Shown here: in pieces, positions 28,640-38,322 of the stretch
Layout of the letters: every line of letters begins with the position of its first letter
Position numbering within the stretch: the first letter of the stretch is position 1
Sequence record: OR896833.1
DNA from: Escherichia phage WaterSpirit
DNA: 51,324 nucleotides
Strand: one strand, 5' to 3'
Program-made: the position numbers and the translations under genes
The notes under the pieces: generated by a model
The model's input: the letters and a program-made list of their open reading frames with translations, nothing else
What the model was told of the DNA's origin: nothing
The model's database searches: none

Positions 28640-30679
28640 ATGATTCCTAATATTGAAAAGCAGATAGCCGCTTTAGGTGAAGAAACGATCCGAAAAATAC
28701 AGGAGCGTTTCACGGTTGGCGATATTGTGCCATATCCTTACCAGGTTGTTGCATACACTGAGATCGCAAAGCGTATGCGCAATTATCAGCATCCATTCTT
28801 TATTAAAGCGTCAGTATCAGCAGGCAAAACATTGATGTTTGCAATGGTTGCGGCGCAATGCCGGAAAATGGGCTTGAAAATGATGGTATTGGCGCGACAG
28901 GCTGAAATTGTGGATCAGGATTCAGAGGAGATCACAAATCTCGGCGTGCCAAATTCCATTTATTGTGCCGGACTGAAAACAAAAAGCGCATACTTTCCTA
29001 TTGTGGTTGGTTCTGAGGGTACTGTAGTTAATGGCTTGTTTAAGTCACTTGGCGACTACGTGCCGCACGTTATCGGGATTGACGAGTGTCATCAAGTGGA
29101 TTGGGAAGACCTTGCCGACGCGATAGAGAATGATGAATCACTCATTCAAATGACGACAAAAAAGGGCGAGAAAGTAAAGAATCCAGATTACGACATCACG
29201 AACGCCCATGAGTGTGATGAATTCCTGATTGGGGAAGATGGCTTGCCAATGGAAGGAACAGGCCGGACACAGTACACCGTTATCATCATGGAAATGATGC
29301 GTCGTTGCAGGAAGGAATACGGTCACGAATTGCGTATATTTGGCATGACTGGATCGGAATTTCGCGGCGTGGTTCCAATCCTGGTTGAAGATAAAAAACA
29401 GAAAGGATTTTGGCGAGAACAGGTTACGAACATAGATACCAACTACCTGATCAAATTCGGTTCGGTCGTGCCAACTAATTTTGGCGACGTTGGCGATCTC
29501 GGTTATGACCTGTCAGAGTTCGAGGCATCCAGCGAGGACGGCGTTGCAGATTTTGACGCTAAAACGCTTCGCAAAATGGAACAGAAGATCCATGAAGAAG
29601 CCACCATGACTAAGCGCATCATGGAGAAGGTGCACGAAATATGTAAAAACCGTAACGGCGTATTGGTGACATGTGCAGGTGAAAGACATTGTAAAGAGGC
29701 GGCGGCAGCGTTGCCACCTGGCACGACTTACCGGATCATCACTGGCAAGACTGGCGACAACCAGCGTAAAGAATGGCTGAAAGAAGCATACGAGGGTAAA
29801 GTAAAATACATCTTCCAGGTGCAGGCGCTAACCACTGGCGTTAATGTGCCGTTTTGGGATACGTCGGTTATTCTGCGCAAGATTGGATCTCTTACGTTGC
29901 TGATTCAGCTTTTAGGTCGCGGTATGCGACTTCTTAAAAAGTGGCACAAAGAGCAGGGCTTTCATAAAGACGATCATCTTGTTTTGGATTTTTCCGGCAC
30001 GATGGACGAGTTAGGGGAGCTTTATTTCGATCCGATACTGGAGCAGGCACAGCATCAGAAGAGATTCAAAAACGGAAAAGATCCTAAGCCTTGCCCTGTA
30101 TGCAAGACGTTAAACAGCTATTACGCTCGACGTTGTATGCACGTAGACGAAAACGGAAACAGATGCGAATGGTTTTTCAAATACAAGATATGCGAGGATC
30201 GGATAGACCAGCGCACCAGAAAGGTTATCCATCACGGCTGTGGTACTAAGAATGATATTGCGGCCAGGGTGTGCAGGCATTGCGATGTGTCGCTTATTGA
30301 CCCTAACGAAAAGTTAAGCGGTAAGCACTACACAAAAAACGACTGGTTCCAGGTAAAATCTTTCTCGGTTGACATGACGAAAAATCAGAAAGGGATCATC
30401 TTCAATTATGAGCTTTCCGACGGCATCGACACATTCAGGGCGCGAGAGATATTTTTCCCTGAATCAGAAAGCCAGATTTGCAGGGATAAATGGCGTAGAG
30501 TCGCGTTAAAGCATATACCGGATCGCCGTATTGCTGGCATGGTGGCAAGCTATCGCAATGCAAGAAAAATCATGCAATATGCGAATCACATCATGCAGCC
30601 GTCGATGGTAACTCACCGCAAGACGAGTAAGGGCGAAGATAATCTATACAAGAAGGAGTTTAATTATGGCAATGACTGA
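28640..30679 (+). CDS. ATP-dependent DNA helicase (superfamily 2-like) with C-terminal Cys-rich zinc-finger region
   Basis: 679 aa; Walker A SAGKT, DECH box (GIDECHQ), multiple CxxC pairs in C-terminal third. Confidence 0.7.
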   Translation: MIPNIEKQIAALGEETIRKIQERFTVGDIVPYPYQVVAYTEIAKRMRNYQHPFFIKASVSAGKTLMFAMVAAQCRKMGLKMMVLARQAEIVDQDSEEITNLGVPNSIYCAGLKTKSAYFPIVVGSEGTVVNGLFKSLGDYVPHVIGIDECHQVDWEDLADAIENDESLIQMTTKKGEKVKNPDYDITNAHECDEFLIGEDGLPMEGTGRTQYTVIIMEMMRRCRKEYGHELRIFGMTGSEFRGVVPILVEDKKQKGFWREQVTNIDTNYLIKFGSVVPTNFGDVGDLGYDLSEFEASSEDGVADFDAKTLRKMEQKIHEEATMTKRIMEKVHEICKNRNGVLVTCAGERHCKEAAAALPPGTTYRIITGKTGDNQRKEWLKEAYEGKVKYIFQVQALTTGVNVPFWDTSVILRKIGSLTLLIQLLGRGMRLLKKWHKEQGFHKDDHLVLDFSGTMDELGELYFDPILEQAQHQKRFKNGKDPKPCPVCKTLNSYYARRCMHVDENGNRCEWFFKYKICEDRIDQRTRKVIHHGCGTKNDIAARVCRHCDVSLIDPNEKLSGKHYTKNDWFQVKSFSVDMTKNQKGIIFNYELSDGIDTFRAREIFFPESESQICRDKWRRVALKHIPDRRIAGMVASYRNARKIMQYANHIMQPSMVTHRKTSKGEDNLYKKEFNYGND

Positions 30680-31085
30680 TAAAGGTGACTATCTGGAGTT
30701 TTACGAAAGAGATCCAACAGATACACTAAAAGAAGAATCGCACCAGATAGGTGCGTTTCAATGGGTGACTTATGCTCATCCTGAATTGCTGGCCTGGCAT
30801 ACGAAAAACGAAGGAGACAAGGGAATCGCCACTGCAATGATGGATCAGCAAGCCGGACTCGTTAAGGGTGTGAGTGACTTCATCATCCTGATTGGATTAA
30901 AAGGCCGCTACCCGTTTGCGGCTATTGAAATGAAGCGCGTCAACAAGTCCGGCAAGGGGAAGGCTTCTCCGGTCAGCAAAGAGCAAAAAGCCTTCTTGCG
31001 CCGCGTGCGCGAGCTTGGCGGCTTCGCTGCCGTCACCTACGGTTACAAGCAATTCATGATCGCAGTTGATTACATGCTGAAATAG
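30666..31085 (+). CDS. VRR-NUC domain nuclease
   Basis: 139 aa; GxSDFIIL...E.K...G.G..S..Q pattern consistent with VRR-NUC/PD-(D/E)xK. Confidence 0.5.
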   Translation: MAMTDKGDYLEFYERDPTDTLKEESHQIGAFQWVTYAHPELLAWHTKNEGDKGIATAMMDQQAGLVKGVSDFIILIGLKGRYPFAAIEMKRVNKSGKGKASPVSKEQKAFLRRVRELGGFAAVTYGYKQFMIAVDYMLK

Positions 31086-31125
31086 CACTTTTTGTTAAAA
31101 CAGGCGCGATGGATTGCGCCATAAT
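31083..31125 (+). promoter_or_regulatory. 18-bp element (TAG = stop codon) + 19-nt hairpin spacer + CATAAT
   Basis: TAGCACTTTTTGTTAAAA 31083-31100; spacer hairpin GGCGCG/CGCGCC-like; CATAAT 31120-31125. Confidence 0.45.
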
Positions 31126-31157
31126 CAAATAAACAAGGAAATCGCGAGGATATTAAC

Positions 31158-31859
31158 GTGAAGAAAGAAATTGAAATCAGCTTTGAACAAATCGAACGAG
31201 AAACGTTTGTAGGTAATGCCCTAGCGACCGGAGGCCATTACCAGGCAGTTAAGTCAAATCAATATTTCAAAGTGACGGGCAACCGATATAACGGAAGCAA
31301 TACGCCGGACGTTGTGCGCGATTTATGGTCTACGCCATCAGAGCTTGTCGCATGGATGGAAAGCGAATATGGTGATTATGACATCGACGCGGCAGCAAGC
31401 AAAGATAATGCTGTATGCGAAAAATTCTACAGCAAGGAAACGAATTGCTTAAAGCGTTGGTGGGGTAGTAATAAGCACATCTGGCTTAATCCACCATACA
31501 GCAACATCACGCCATTCGTTAAGAAAGCGATTGAGCAGATGGAGCACAACAACCAGATCGACATGCTTTTACCATGCGACACATCAACAGGATGGTTTTA
31601 TGAAGCGCAACAGCACGCGGCGGAAATAATCTGGATCACTGGAGAAGTTTACAAAGAGGATGGAACAGAATATTCACGCACCGGACGCCTGGCGTTTACT
31701 TCCGCACTTACAGGTAAACCAGTACAGGGCAACAACAAAGGAAGCGTTATTTTCATCATGCGTGAACTGAAAGAAGGCGAGCATCAGAAAACGCGATACG
31801 TTAAAATCAGCGACATTTGCCCTTCCGTGGCAGAGCGTCGGGCAAGAAAGCGGAGTTAA
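31158..31859 (+). CDS. DNA N6-adenine methyltransferase (phage Dam-like)
   Basis: 233 aa, GTG start with RBS GAGGA; NPPY catalytic motif (WLNPPYSN). Confidence 0.65.
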   Translation: MKKEIEISFEQIERETFVGNALATGGHYQAVKSNQYFKVTGNRYNGSNTPDVVRDLWSTPSELVAWMESEYGDYDIDAAASKDNAVCEKFYSKETNCLKRWWGSNKHIWLNPPYSNITPFVKKAIEQMEHNNQIDMLLPCDTSTGWFYEAQQHAAEIIWITGEVYKEDGTEYSRTGRLAFTSALTGKPVQGNNKGSVIFIMRELKEGEHQKTRYVKISDICPSVAERRARKRS

Positions 31860-31863
31860 TATC

Positions 31864-32121
31864 ATGCAAAAAGAAAGAAGCGTTTATTTAAATGAGTGTG
31901 GCGAATGGTTGCTTTATCGCGCTATGGTTTGCGATGCGCTTGATAAAAACCCTAACGTGAAAAAGATGATTGATTGCGATCCGTGGGAATTTTCAAGCGC
32001 ATTGGATATGAGCTTTGAGGAGACAAAAAAACTCCCGCTTGAAAAATGGCATGAACAGATCAGAAATGACATGCAAGAATTTGTCGATTCGTGGAATTTT
32101 CAGCACGGAATGATCCATTAA
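31864..32121 (+). CDS. Hypothetical protein (85 aa)
   Basis: ORF 4 nt after methyltransferase stop. Confidence 0.4.
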   Translation: MQKERSVYLNECGEWLLYRAMVCDALDKNPNVKKMIDCDPWEFSSALDMSFEETKKLPLEKWHEQIRNDMQEFVDSWNFQHGMIH

Positions 32122-32164
32122 CAGCACTTTTTGTTAAAACGCCCGGCATTTTGTCGGGCATAAT
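32122..32164 (+). promoter_or_regulatory. 18-bp element (CAGCAC variant) + 19-nt hairpin spacer + CATAAT
   Basis: Spacer hairpin GCCCGGC-ATTTTGT-CGGGC; CATAAT 32159-32164. Confidence 0.45.
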
Positions 32165-32196
32165 TATTTCATCGAAACGAACATGAGGAAATGAAA

Positions 32197-32376
32197 ATGG
32201 TAGTATATAGCAAGAAAGCATTTGACCAGGCGCAACAAACAGCACGCGAGGCGGTAAAAGGTGGAACGAAAAACAATATGCAGCTTGATTGGGGCGCTGC
32301 AATGATTCTACTTCGCGTTGCATATGGTCACTACCCATTAGAATTTGCGGAGGTATATTATAAGCATGAAAGTTGA
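32197..32376 (+). CDS. Hypothetical protein (59 aa)
   Basis: RBS GAGG 8 nt upstream of ATG 32197. Confidence 0.3.
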   Translation: MVVYSKKAFDQAQQTAREAVKGGTKNNMQLDWGAAMILLRVAYGHYPLEFAEVYYKHES

Positions 32377-32608
32377 ACAAGGGCGTGAAGCAGTCTGGCA
32401 ACATATAAACGAAATGGGGATGGCTGACGACATAAAGAAGATCGCGCAATATTTCGATATTGCAGACATTAGCGTGATCGGAGGCGGCAAAATGACTTTC
32501 CTCAAGGAAAAGCCGCGCAAGATGGTGCGAGTTCCAGCCATACCAACAAAAATTGATTTCAAAGAGGCAATGGCTAAAATTCGAGAGCCTCGCAAATATT
32601 ATAAGTGA
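32366..32608 (+). CDS. Hypothetical protein (80 aa)
   Basis: RBS GGAGGT upstream of ATG 32366. Confidence 0.3.
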   Translation: MKVEQGREAVWQHINEMGMADDIKKIAQYFDIADISVIGGGKMTFLKEKPRKMVRVPAIPTKIDFKEAMAKIREPRKYYK

Positions 32609-32708
32609 GGATGGTTATCATGTGGCGCTTGTTTGTTCTACCGTTACCCGTTATCATTGCGACCGCTATCATATATAGTATCGTAATGCACCAATAGGAG
32701 AAAAAATC

Positions 32709-33827
32709 ATGAGTCAGAGCAAGATAACGGACGAGCAATTCACGCATGAGCGATTAAAGGGTAAGAGCTATCGTCAGATTGCTGAGGAATACGGCCTTAA
32801 CGTTCGTAGCGTCGAGCGCCGAGCGGCACGACTGGCAAAACAGGGTAAAATATCAACCATCGGAACTCCTGGTTTTGGTGTTCACGGTGAATCGGTCATG
32901 ACCGACAAAGAAGGTAACGTGATCGTCAAATGGACAAAGACCAGTAAGGACAAAGAGCAACTGGAAGCGTTGATGCGTGCAGCTATGGACGCTTTTACCG
33001 AAGAATTGCCGCGAGTAGATCCGACACCGGAAGAAGCGAGCGAATACAGCGAAAGCCTTGCCCTTTACCCCGTTTTTGATATGCACCTGGGAGCTATGGC
33101 GCACAAACACGAATGCGGCGAGAATTGGGATACTTCCACGGCTGAGAAAGTAATGAATGACTTTTTCGATTATGCTGTGGCCTGTGCACCGTTCAGCGAG
33201 AAAGCAGTGCTACTGATTGGGGGTGACATGCTTCATAGTGACGGCCTGGAAGCAGTAACGCCTGCAAGCGGTCACGTCCTGGATCAAGATAGCCGATACG
33301 CAAAATTGGTTTACGTGGCAATCCGCGCCGTCCGTCGTGCCATTGAGTTGATGCTCAAAAAACACAAAGAAGTAGAGATCCAGATAATTGAGGGAAACCA
33401 TGACCAAAGCGGCATGATCTGGTTACGTGCAGCTATGGCGGCGGCATATGAAAAAGAGCCGCGCGTTTACGTTGATGTATCGCCGCGAGTGGTTCACCAT
33501 ACGCAGTACGGAAAAACCTTCCTTGCATATCATCACGGTCACACCGTCCGCAAGCCGGAAACATTGCTAATGATGTGCGCGGCAGACTGGCGGGAGGACT
33601 TCGGCAACTCAAAAACGATGTATGCGCACGTAGGGCATTTTCATCATCAGACTGTAACAGAAACATCGCTCGGCATTGTTGAAGTACATAGCACGATGGC
33701 AGCTAAAGACGCATACGCCGCGCGAGGCGGTTGGCGTTCCCGTCGCCGTGCTGCGGTTATCATTTACGACAAAGAACACGGCGAAATCGGAAGATTTATG
33801 TTTTATCCTGAGATGGCAGAGAAATAA
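32709..33827 (+). CDS. HTH domain fused to calcineurin-like metallophosphoesterase
   Basis: 372 aa; N-terminal HTH-like SYRQIAEEYGLNVRSVERR; phosphoesterase motifs DxH (FDMH), GD (GGDMLH), GNHD, and His-rich HHGH/HVGHFHH. Confidence 0.5.
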   Translation: MSQSKITDEQFTHERLKGKSYRQIAEEYGLNVRSVERRAARLAKQGKISTIGTPGFGVHGESVMTDKEGNVIVKWTKTSKDKEQLEALMRAAMDAFTEELPRVDPTPEEASEYSESLALYPVFDMHLGAMAHKHECGENWDTSTAEKVMNDFFDYAVACAPFSEKAVLLIGGDMLHSDGLEAVTPASGHVLDQDSRYAKLVYVAIRAVRRAIELMLKKHKEVEIQIIEGNHDQSGMIWLRAAMAAAYEKEPRVYVDVSPRVVHHTQYGKTFLAYHHGHTVRKPETLLMMCAADWREDFGNSKTMYAHVGHFHHQTVTETSLGIVEVHSTMAAKDAYAARGGWRSRRRAAVIIYDKEHGEIGRFMFYPEMAEK

Positions 33828-33998
33828 ATGAAAGTACGTTGCACCAGAAACACATCTAAGCAATTGCCTTATACCGTCGGCCTGATTTACACGGCTGTAG
33901 CAATTCCTGGCGGCATGTATGAGATCCGCGACGGGCAAGGCAGTGCAATAATCGCACCATTACACGGCTATTACCTGACTTTTTCACCAGCAGAATAA
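33828..33998 (+). CDS. Small hypothetical protein (56 aa), below ORF-track cutoff
   Basis: ATG immediately after upstream TAA; ends before strong terminator. Confidence 0.25.
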   Translation: MKVRCTRNTSKQLPYTVGLIYTAVAIPGGMYEIRDGQGSAIIAPLHGYYLTFSPAE

Positions 33999-34020
33999 CC
34001 ATATAAAACATTAACTTATA

Positions 34021-34052
34021 AGGAGGCTTAATTTACAAGCCTCCTTTTTTTT
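34021..34052 (+). terminator. Intrinsic terminator (AGGAGGCTT-loop-AAGCCTCCT + T8)
   Basis: 9-bp stem plus T-run. Confidence 0.75.
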
Positions 34053-34122
34053 ATTTATTTTTTCAGCACAATGTTTAAAATGCAATCATCACTATTGACA
34101 TTTGAATAAAGAGGATCTAAAA

Positions 34123-34335
34123 ATGAAAGATTTTTTGAACGCTGCAACGTCAGGCACGGGTGGTGCATCAATCACTGGAGCAGTAACAGGACAAACTGCA
34201 ATTGCAATTGCCAGCTTCGTATTGATGGCTATTTTCGGCGTGTGGGGCGCTTATCTGCGGTGGCGTGATAGTAAAGCCTTCCAGAAGGCGCTTGATAGTG
34301 GTGACTTTAAAAAAGCAATTGAAATTAGGGGGTAA
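34123..34335 (+). CDS. Holin (single predicted TMD)
   Basis: 70 aa from ATG 34123 (RBS AGAGGA); hydrophobic segment IAIASFVLMAIFGVWGAYL, charged C-terminus; immediately upstream of endolysin. Confidence 0.5.
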   Translation: MKDFLNAATSGTGGASITGAVTGQTAIAIASFVLMAIFGVWGAYLRWRDSKAFQKALDSGDFKKAIEIRG

Positions 34336-34338
34336 ATA

Positions 34339-34827
34339 ATGAGCGCAAGAAATAGCGTCGTCGCCGTCGCCATCGGCGCTGCGCTTGCTCTTACTTCTCC
34401 ACTTCTTGAGGAAATCGAAGGGATCAGATACACGCCATATAAAGATATTGCCGGAGTCTGGACGGTATGCGCCGGAATCACCGGAAAAGATGTGATTATC
34501 GGCAAGACCTACACAAAGCGCGAATGCGATGCGCTACTGGCAAAACATATCAAGGTGGCGAAGGATGAAGTAGACAAGCGCGTGAAGGTTGAAATCCCAG
34601 CCACGATGAGAGCGGCGATGTATAGTTTCACTTTTAACGCTGGTGTGGGTGCATTCCGCAATTCGACAATGCTTAAACTGATTAATCAGGGCAGATTGCC
34701 GGAAGCGTGCCAGCAGTTATGGCGGTGGGATAAATTCACGAATCCTAAAACCGGAAAGAAAGAACGCTCTAAAGGTTTACGCAACCGTCGCGCGGTTGAG
34801 TTTAAATACTGCATGAGGGATCTGTAA
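34339..34827 (+). CDS. Endolysin (lysozyme, GH24-like)
   Basis: 162 aa; catalytic-region motif [23 protein letters not shown] typical of T4-type lysozymes. Confidence 0.8.
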   Translation: MSARNSVVAVAIGAALALTSPLLEEIEGIRYTPYKDIAGVWTVCAGITGKDVIIGKTYTKRECDALLAKHIKVAKDEVDKRVKVEIPATMRAAMYSFTFNAGVGAFRNSTMLKLINQGRLPEACQQLWRWDKFTNPKTGKKERSKGLRNRRAVEFKYCMRDL

Positions 34828-35213
34828 TGAAACGAATCACAGCTATTGCACTGGCGGTTTTATTGTCCGGCTGTTCTGCTATAAGTCCAGTTGACCTACT
34901 GACCGGAAGTAAGCCAGATATTAGCGCCCAGGCTGGCGCGGAGAACGTGAAGCAGGCCGTTGGTATTACCGCAAAAAAAGACTCCAGCAGCAAGCAGGAA
35001 AACACCTTTAAAGAATCGAAGGTCGAAAAGGTGGATACATCCAGCAAGAAGACGGTTAAGGCATCAACCATTCAGGCCAATACCATCAATGCGGAAAAAA
35101 TCCATGTTGTGCAGGGTGATAACGGCAGATGGTACGACCCGATAATCGTATGTTTTGCCACATTCGCCGTAATGCTTGCTATCTACTTCTGGACAAAGAA
35201 AAAGGAGGCTTAA
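34827..35213 (+). CDS. Unimolecular spanin (lipoprotein with C-terminal TMD)
   Basis: 128 aa; lipobox LSGC at N-terminus and C-terminal hydrophobic segment IIVCFATFAVMLAIYFW; T1 gp11-type architecture. Confidence 0.6.
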   Translation: MKRITAIALAVLLSGCSAISPVDLLTGSKPDISAQAGAENVKQAVGITAKKDSSSKQENTFKESKVEKVDTSSKKTVKASTIQANTINAEKIHVVQGDNGRWYDPIIVCFATFAVMLAIYFWTKKKEA

Positions 35214-35230
35214 AGCCTCCTTTATTTTTA
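35203..35230. terminator. Bidirectional intrinsic terminator (AGGAGGCT-TAA-AGCCTCCT, flanked by A-run and T-run)
   Basis: Direct read between convergent lysis and early-left operons. Confidence 0.7.
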
Positions 35231-35446
35231 AGCATCAGGCCATTCGTGTGAATGATTTGTTAGCTTCTGGTTTTCCTGAAATTCAATATCATAATGACCA
35301 GCCATTACGCGTTTAGCCATTTCCTCAACATATCCGACAGCTTGCTCGTGAGTCCAGGAGTCGGCTGGGAATTTTGTAGGGATCTCAGTGGTAGTGCCGT
35401 TTTCATGTTTGATAATCAGCGCCACGGTAAAAAATTTGTTGCTCAT
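35228..35446 (-). CDS. Hypothetical protein (72 aa)
   Basis: ATG 35446 with RBS GAGGAAAACAAA. Confidence 0.35.
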   Translation of the reverse strand: MSNKFFTVALIIKHENGTTTEIPTKFPADSWTHEQAVGYVEEMAKRVMAGHYDIEFQENQKLTNHSHEWPDA

Positions 35447-35478
35447 TTTGTTTTCCTCATATTCGTTTCGATGAAACA

Positions 35479-35521
35479 AATATACCCGACTATAAGCCGG
35501 GCGTTTTAACAAAAAGTGCTA
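35479..35521 (-). promoter_or_regulatory. 18-bp element + 19-nt hairpin spacer + TATATT (minus sense)
   Basis: Minus-sense TAGCACTTTTTGTTAAAA at 35521-35504; TAG is stop of upstream gene. Confidence 0.45.
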
Positions 35522-35716
35522 TTCCATCCGCTTCACCGTAACCAGCAAGACACCATCATCATCACATAAATTGTGTTCGGAAGTGTCAAAGGCACGCATA
35601 TCCGATAAAAGCAGCGTAAGTAACGCATGAATGAAATCATCATGTGATATTGAATTTACGGCGCAAAATTTCAATATCTTGTCTATTAGACTTTGCTCCA
35701 AAGAGTTCATCATCAC
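35519..35716 (-). CDS. Hypothetical small protein (start uncertain)
   Basis: ORF overlapping the 3' end of 35640-36035; real start may be an internal ATG. Confidence 0.2.
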   Translation of the reverse strand: MMMNSLEQSLIDKILKFCAVNSISHDDFIHALLTLLLSDMRAFDTSEHNLCDDDGVLLVTVKRME

Positions 35717-36035
35717 TCATTTCTCCTATCCGTGCCATATCCCTTATCCATTCATTTTGCATTCCCTCAAAGGTGTAAAATTCGAATCCGAACGGCCTAC
35801 GGGCAGATCCGTCAATGCACCAAAATCTACCTTCAACGCCATCCAGATAACCAGCGCCCATCATTCTTGCGCAAAACTCTTTCGATAGCATGGAAGCGAA
35901 CATGCGCGGGGTGAATCCGGCCTGCTTCGCCAGGCGTTCACATTCTCTGTGCTGATAGATAAATTTTGCAATGTGCTGACGAGTAAACCAGTCGTAAGAC
36001 TCACACCATCTGTAGAGATCCAGAATGAACATCAT
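35640..36035 (-). CDS. Hypothetical protein (131 aa)
   Basis: ATG overlaps stop of upstream ATPase gene. Confidence 0.35.
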   Translation of the reverse strand: MMFILDLYRWCESYDWFTRQHIAKFIYQHRECERLAKQAGFTPRMFASMLSKEFCARMMGAGYLDGVEGRFWCIDGSARRPFGFEFYTFEGMQNEWIRDMARIGEMSDDELFGAKSNRQDIEILRRKFNIT

Positions 36036-37618
36036 TACCCCATTAACACAGGATTCACAAAAATAACACCATTAATAACACAAACGTAGTTTTTTTGCTC
36101 AAGCATCGGAAGCAGTTGCGATTCTATGCGCTTCATCACGCCAGCTTGCCCCAGGAAAGGTTTTACCTTGCGTGCTGCCTCATACAAAGCGCGGACATTC
36201 AATACGCCTTTATTTGCCTTACCGTGGCGGGTGATTAACTCAATCAGTTTTGACATCTCGGCATCATCACCAGCATAGCCGGACGCGTTCGCCGCGCTGA
36301 TATACGTTTTGCTCAATTCATGGAACATCAGCAAGGCTTCTTGCATCGTGTCAACGTCAATCTCTCTAGACTTTTGCGGGTATCCAGCAGGATTAAACCA
36401 ATTGCGTATCACATGCAGAACGGCAGCAATGCGGATCACCTGCTTATCCATTTTACCCAGCGCACCGCGTAGCATCGTATGCGAATACTTTCCGCCGTCG
36501 GCAAGATGCGGTTCCATATCCTGGCGTGCAATGTTCAGCACGCGCATTGCAGAACGGCTAACTTTCAGAGAAACGTTAATTTCGCTCATAATGTTATGCA
36601 CCAACTGAAAGTATTGCGCTTTCAATTCACCGTCTACTGGTTCGTAAGTTGAATCACCATTCTCATCAACAAATACACGCGTACCGATTAACGGCTGTTC
36701 GCGCACCAGTAGAAAACGCTCGCTTACACCGATGCCACGAGATCCTGCATCCATGATGCCATTAATGGTTTCATCCTGGGCGATAACACTCATACATCCA
36801 AGCGCAAAAAAACTCATGTTATTGTCTGCATTAGAACGGGCGATAGAAACATGGCCGTGATCCCATGCTTTTAACACAAGTTCGCTGTTAGTTTTGCGCT
36901 CGCTATTCGCGTAAGTCAGGCCAAGCAGACTGTTAATACTGGTTGCTTCATCAGAAATAACCGCGAAGTTTCCTTGTCTGTTATTTATCTTTGCTAATCC
37001 CTCTGGTGTGGTGTCGGAGACAGGGAAAACAACATCGCAAAGTTTGCTTAGTTTTTCTTCCAGATCTTCTTTTTCTTGATATAGAATCTCCATATCTGCG
37101 CCGGAGCGTTCGCTTTTCATCTCCTTTAGTAGTCCGGCAAGTTTTGCCTGTATCTTTTTTCGATCTTTCTTGCGTTGCTCGTTGATGCGATCAACCTCTG
37201 CAACCATAGGAGCAATAGCCAGACTGTTAATCGCGGATTTACCTGCCGACGGAGGCTGGCTTGTCACAACGTAAAGCGCGGTCGGCTGATCTGTTCCGTG
37301 GTAGTCAACTGTGAATCGACCAAGCATAGCGGCAGAAATACATCCGATAAAGTGCATGTAGGCCGATGATTCAGGGAATTGAACAGATCTCGCAAGATTG
37401 CGCGCCAGCTTACCAACTACATCAACATCATTCCCAAGTGAAATAACAGGGTAGCGGTCGTTACCGCCGTTAATATCTTCCACCTGGCCCCAATAGCTTG
37501 AAGATTGGCGGTATCCGTTGGCCTGAATGGATACACGAACAGGGGAAATACCTTGAGATTCGGCGGTTTCAATGATTTGTTTCGGTGATAACTGACTTGT
37601 TTCAAATGAAAAATTCAT
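36035..37618 (-). CDS. P-loop ATPase-like replication-associated protein (possibly DUF3987-type)
   Basis: 527 aa; Walker A-like PPSAGKS; strong RBS AGGAG; in early-left operon. Confidence 0.4.
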   Translation of the reverse strand: MNFSFETSQLSPKQIIETAESQGISPVRVSIQANGYRQSSSYWGQVEDINGGNDRYPVISLGNDVDVVGKLARNLARSVQFPESSAYMHFIGCISAAMLGRFTVDYHGTDQPTALYVVTSQPPSAGKSAINSLAIAPMVAEVDRINEQRKKDRKKIQAKLAGLLKEMKSERSGADMEILYQEKEDLEEKLSKLCDVVFPVSDTTPEGLAKINNRQGNFAVISDEATSINSLLGLTYANSERKTNSELVLKAWDHGHVSIARSNADNNMSFFALGCMSVIAQDETINGIMDAGSRGIGVSERFLLVREQPLIGTRVFVDENGDSTYEPVDGELKAQYFQLVHNIMSEINVSLKVSRSAMRVLNIARQDMEPHLADGGKYSHTMLRGALGKMDKQVIRIAAVLHVIRNWFNPAGYPQKSREIDVDTMQEALLMFHELSKTYISAANASGYAGDDAEMSKLIELITRHGKANKGVLNVRALYEAARKVKPFLGQAGVMKRIESQLLPMLEQKNYVCVINGVIFVNPVLMG

Positions 37619-37645
37619 TAAATCGACTCCTATTTGGTGCGGTGT

Positions 37646-37688
37646 ATGTTACCGCACCAATACTACCCTTATTTGTCAAAAAGTGCTA
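37646..37688 (-). promoter_or_regulatory. Variant 18-bp element (TAGCACTTTTTGACAAAT) + hairpin spacer, upstream of ATPase gene
   Basis: Minus-sense read; spacer hairpin GGTGCGGT/ACCGCACC; weak -10-like TAACAT. Confidence 0.3.
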
Positions 37689-37907
37689 TTTGATCCGCTC
37701 GATTGCAACCAGTAGGCGATCCGGCTGGCGGTCGCTGTAGCATTCTCCGGTTACATCATCCTTAAAAGTGAAGTAAAGCGACTTGTGATATGAATACCCA
37801 ATCAGCCAACCTTCCGCAGTTCTCTTTATTGGCCTGACAATATCGCCAGGCTTGAAAGTTGCAGTTGTGGCGTGAGTTACTTTATATCGGTATTCACTGC
37901 GGATCAT
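37686..37907 (-). CDS. Hypothetical protein (73 aa)
   Basis: ORF; stop TAG lies within the conserved element. Confidence 0.35.
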   Translation of the reverse strand: MIRSEYRYKVTHATTATFKPGDIVRPIKRTAEGWLIGYSYHKSLYFTFKDDVTGECYSDRQPDRLLVAIERIK

Positions 37908-38290
37908 GAATATTTGGCCTCAAAAAGATAAGAGTAACCAGCAGAGAATCCGACCTCCTCGCGGTAGAGCGTCCATCGGTCGCCGTCCTCATCGAAGACG
38001 TAACCAGCAACTGATCCAAGAACGCGACCCTGTTCGACCTGGTAACGCTTTCCAGCTTTAAAACTTTTTTTGGTTGCCATCCGGTGATCAACAAACGTAC
38101 ATAGAATCGTCTTTGCCTTGATAGTGCGGTATTCGTCCTGGTTGGCTGATTCCCACTTCGCGCCCTTAGCCAGCGCCTTAACCTGAAATTCCTCCATTTC
38201 GATCACGTCGTCGCTGCCAGCTACTTTTGTGTAAACAGTTTTATAGCGACCGTTCATCAATTTGTTGTCGGAATTGCGGATAACTTTCAT
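37904..38290 (-). CDS. Hypothetical protein (128 aa)
   Basis: ATG 38290 with RBS GGAGAAAA. Confidence 0.35.
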   Translation of the reverse strand: MKVIRNSDNKLMNGRYKTVYTKVAGSDDVIEMEEFQVKALAKGAKWESANQDEYRTIKAKTILCTFVDHRMATKKSFKAGKRYQVEQGRVLGSVAGYVFDEDGDRWTLYREEVGFSAGYSYLFEAKYS

Positions 38291-38322
38291 TTGATTTTCT
38301 CCAGTTGTTTTCGTTGAAACGC

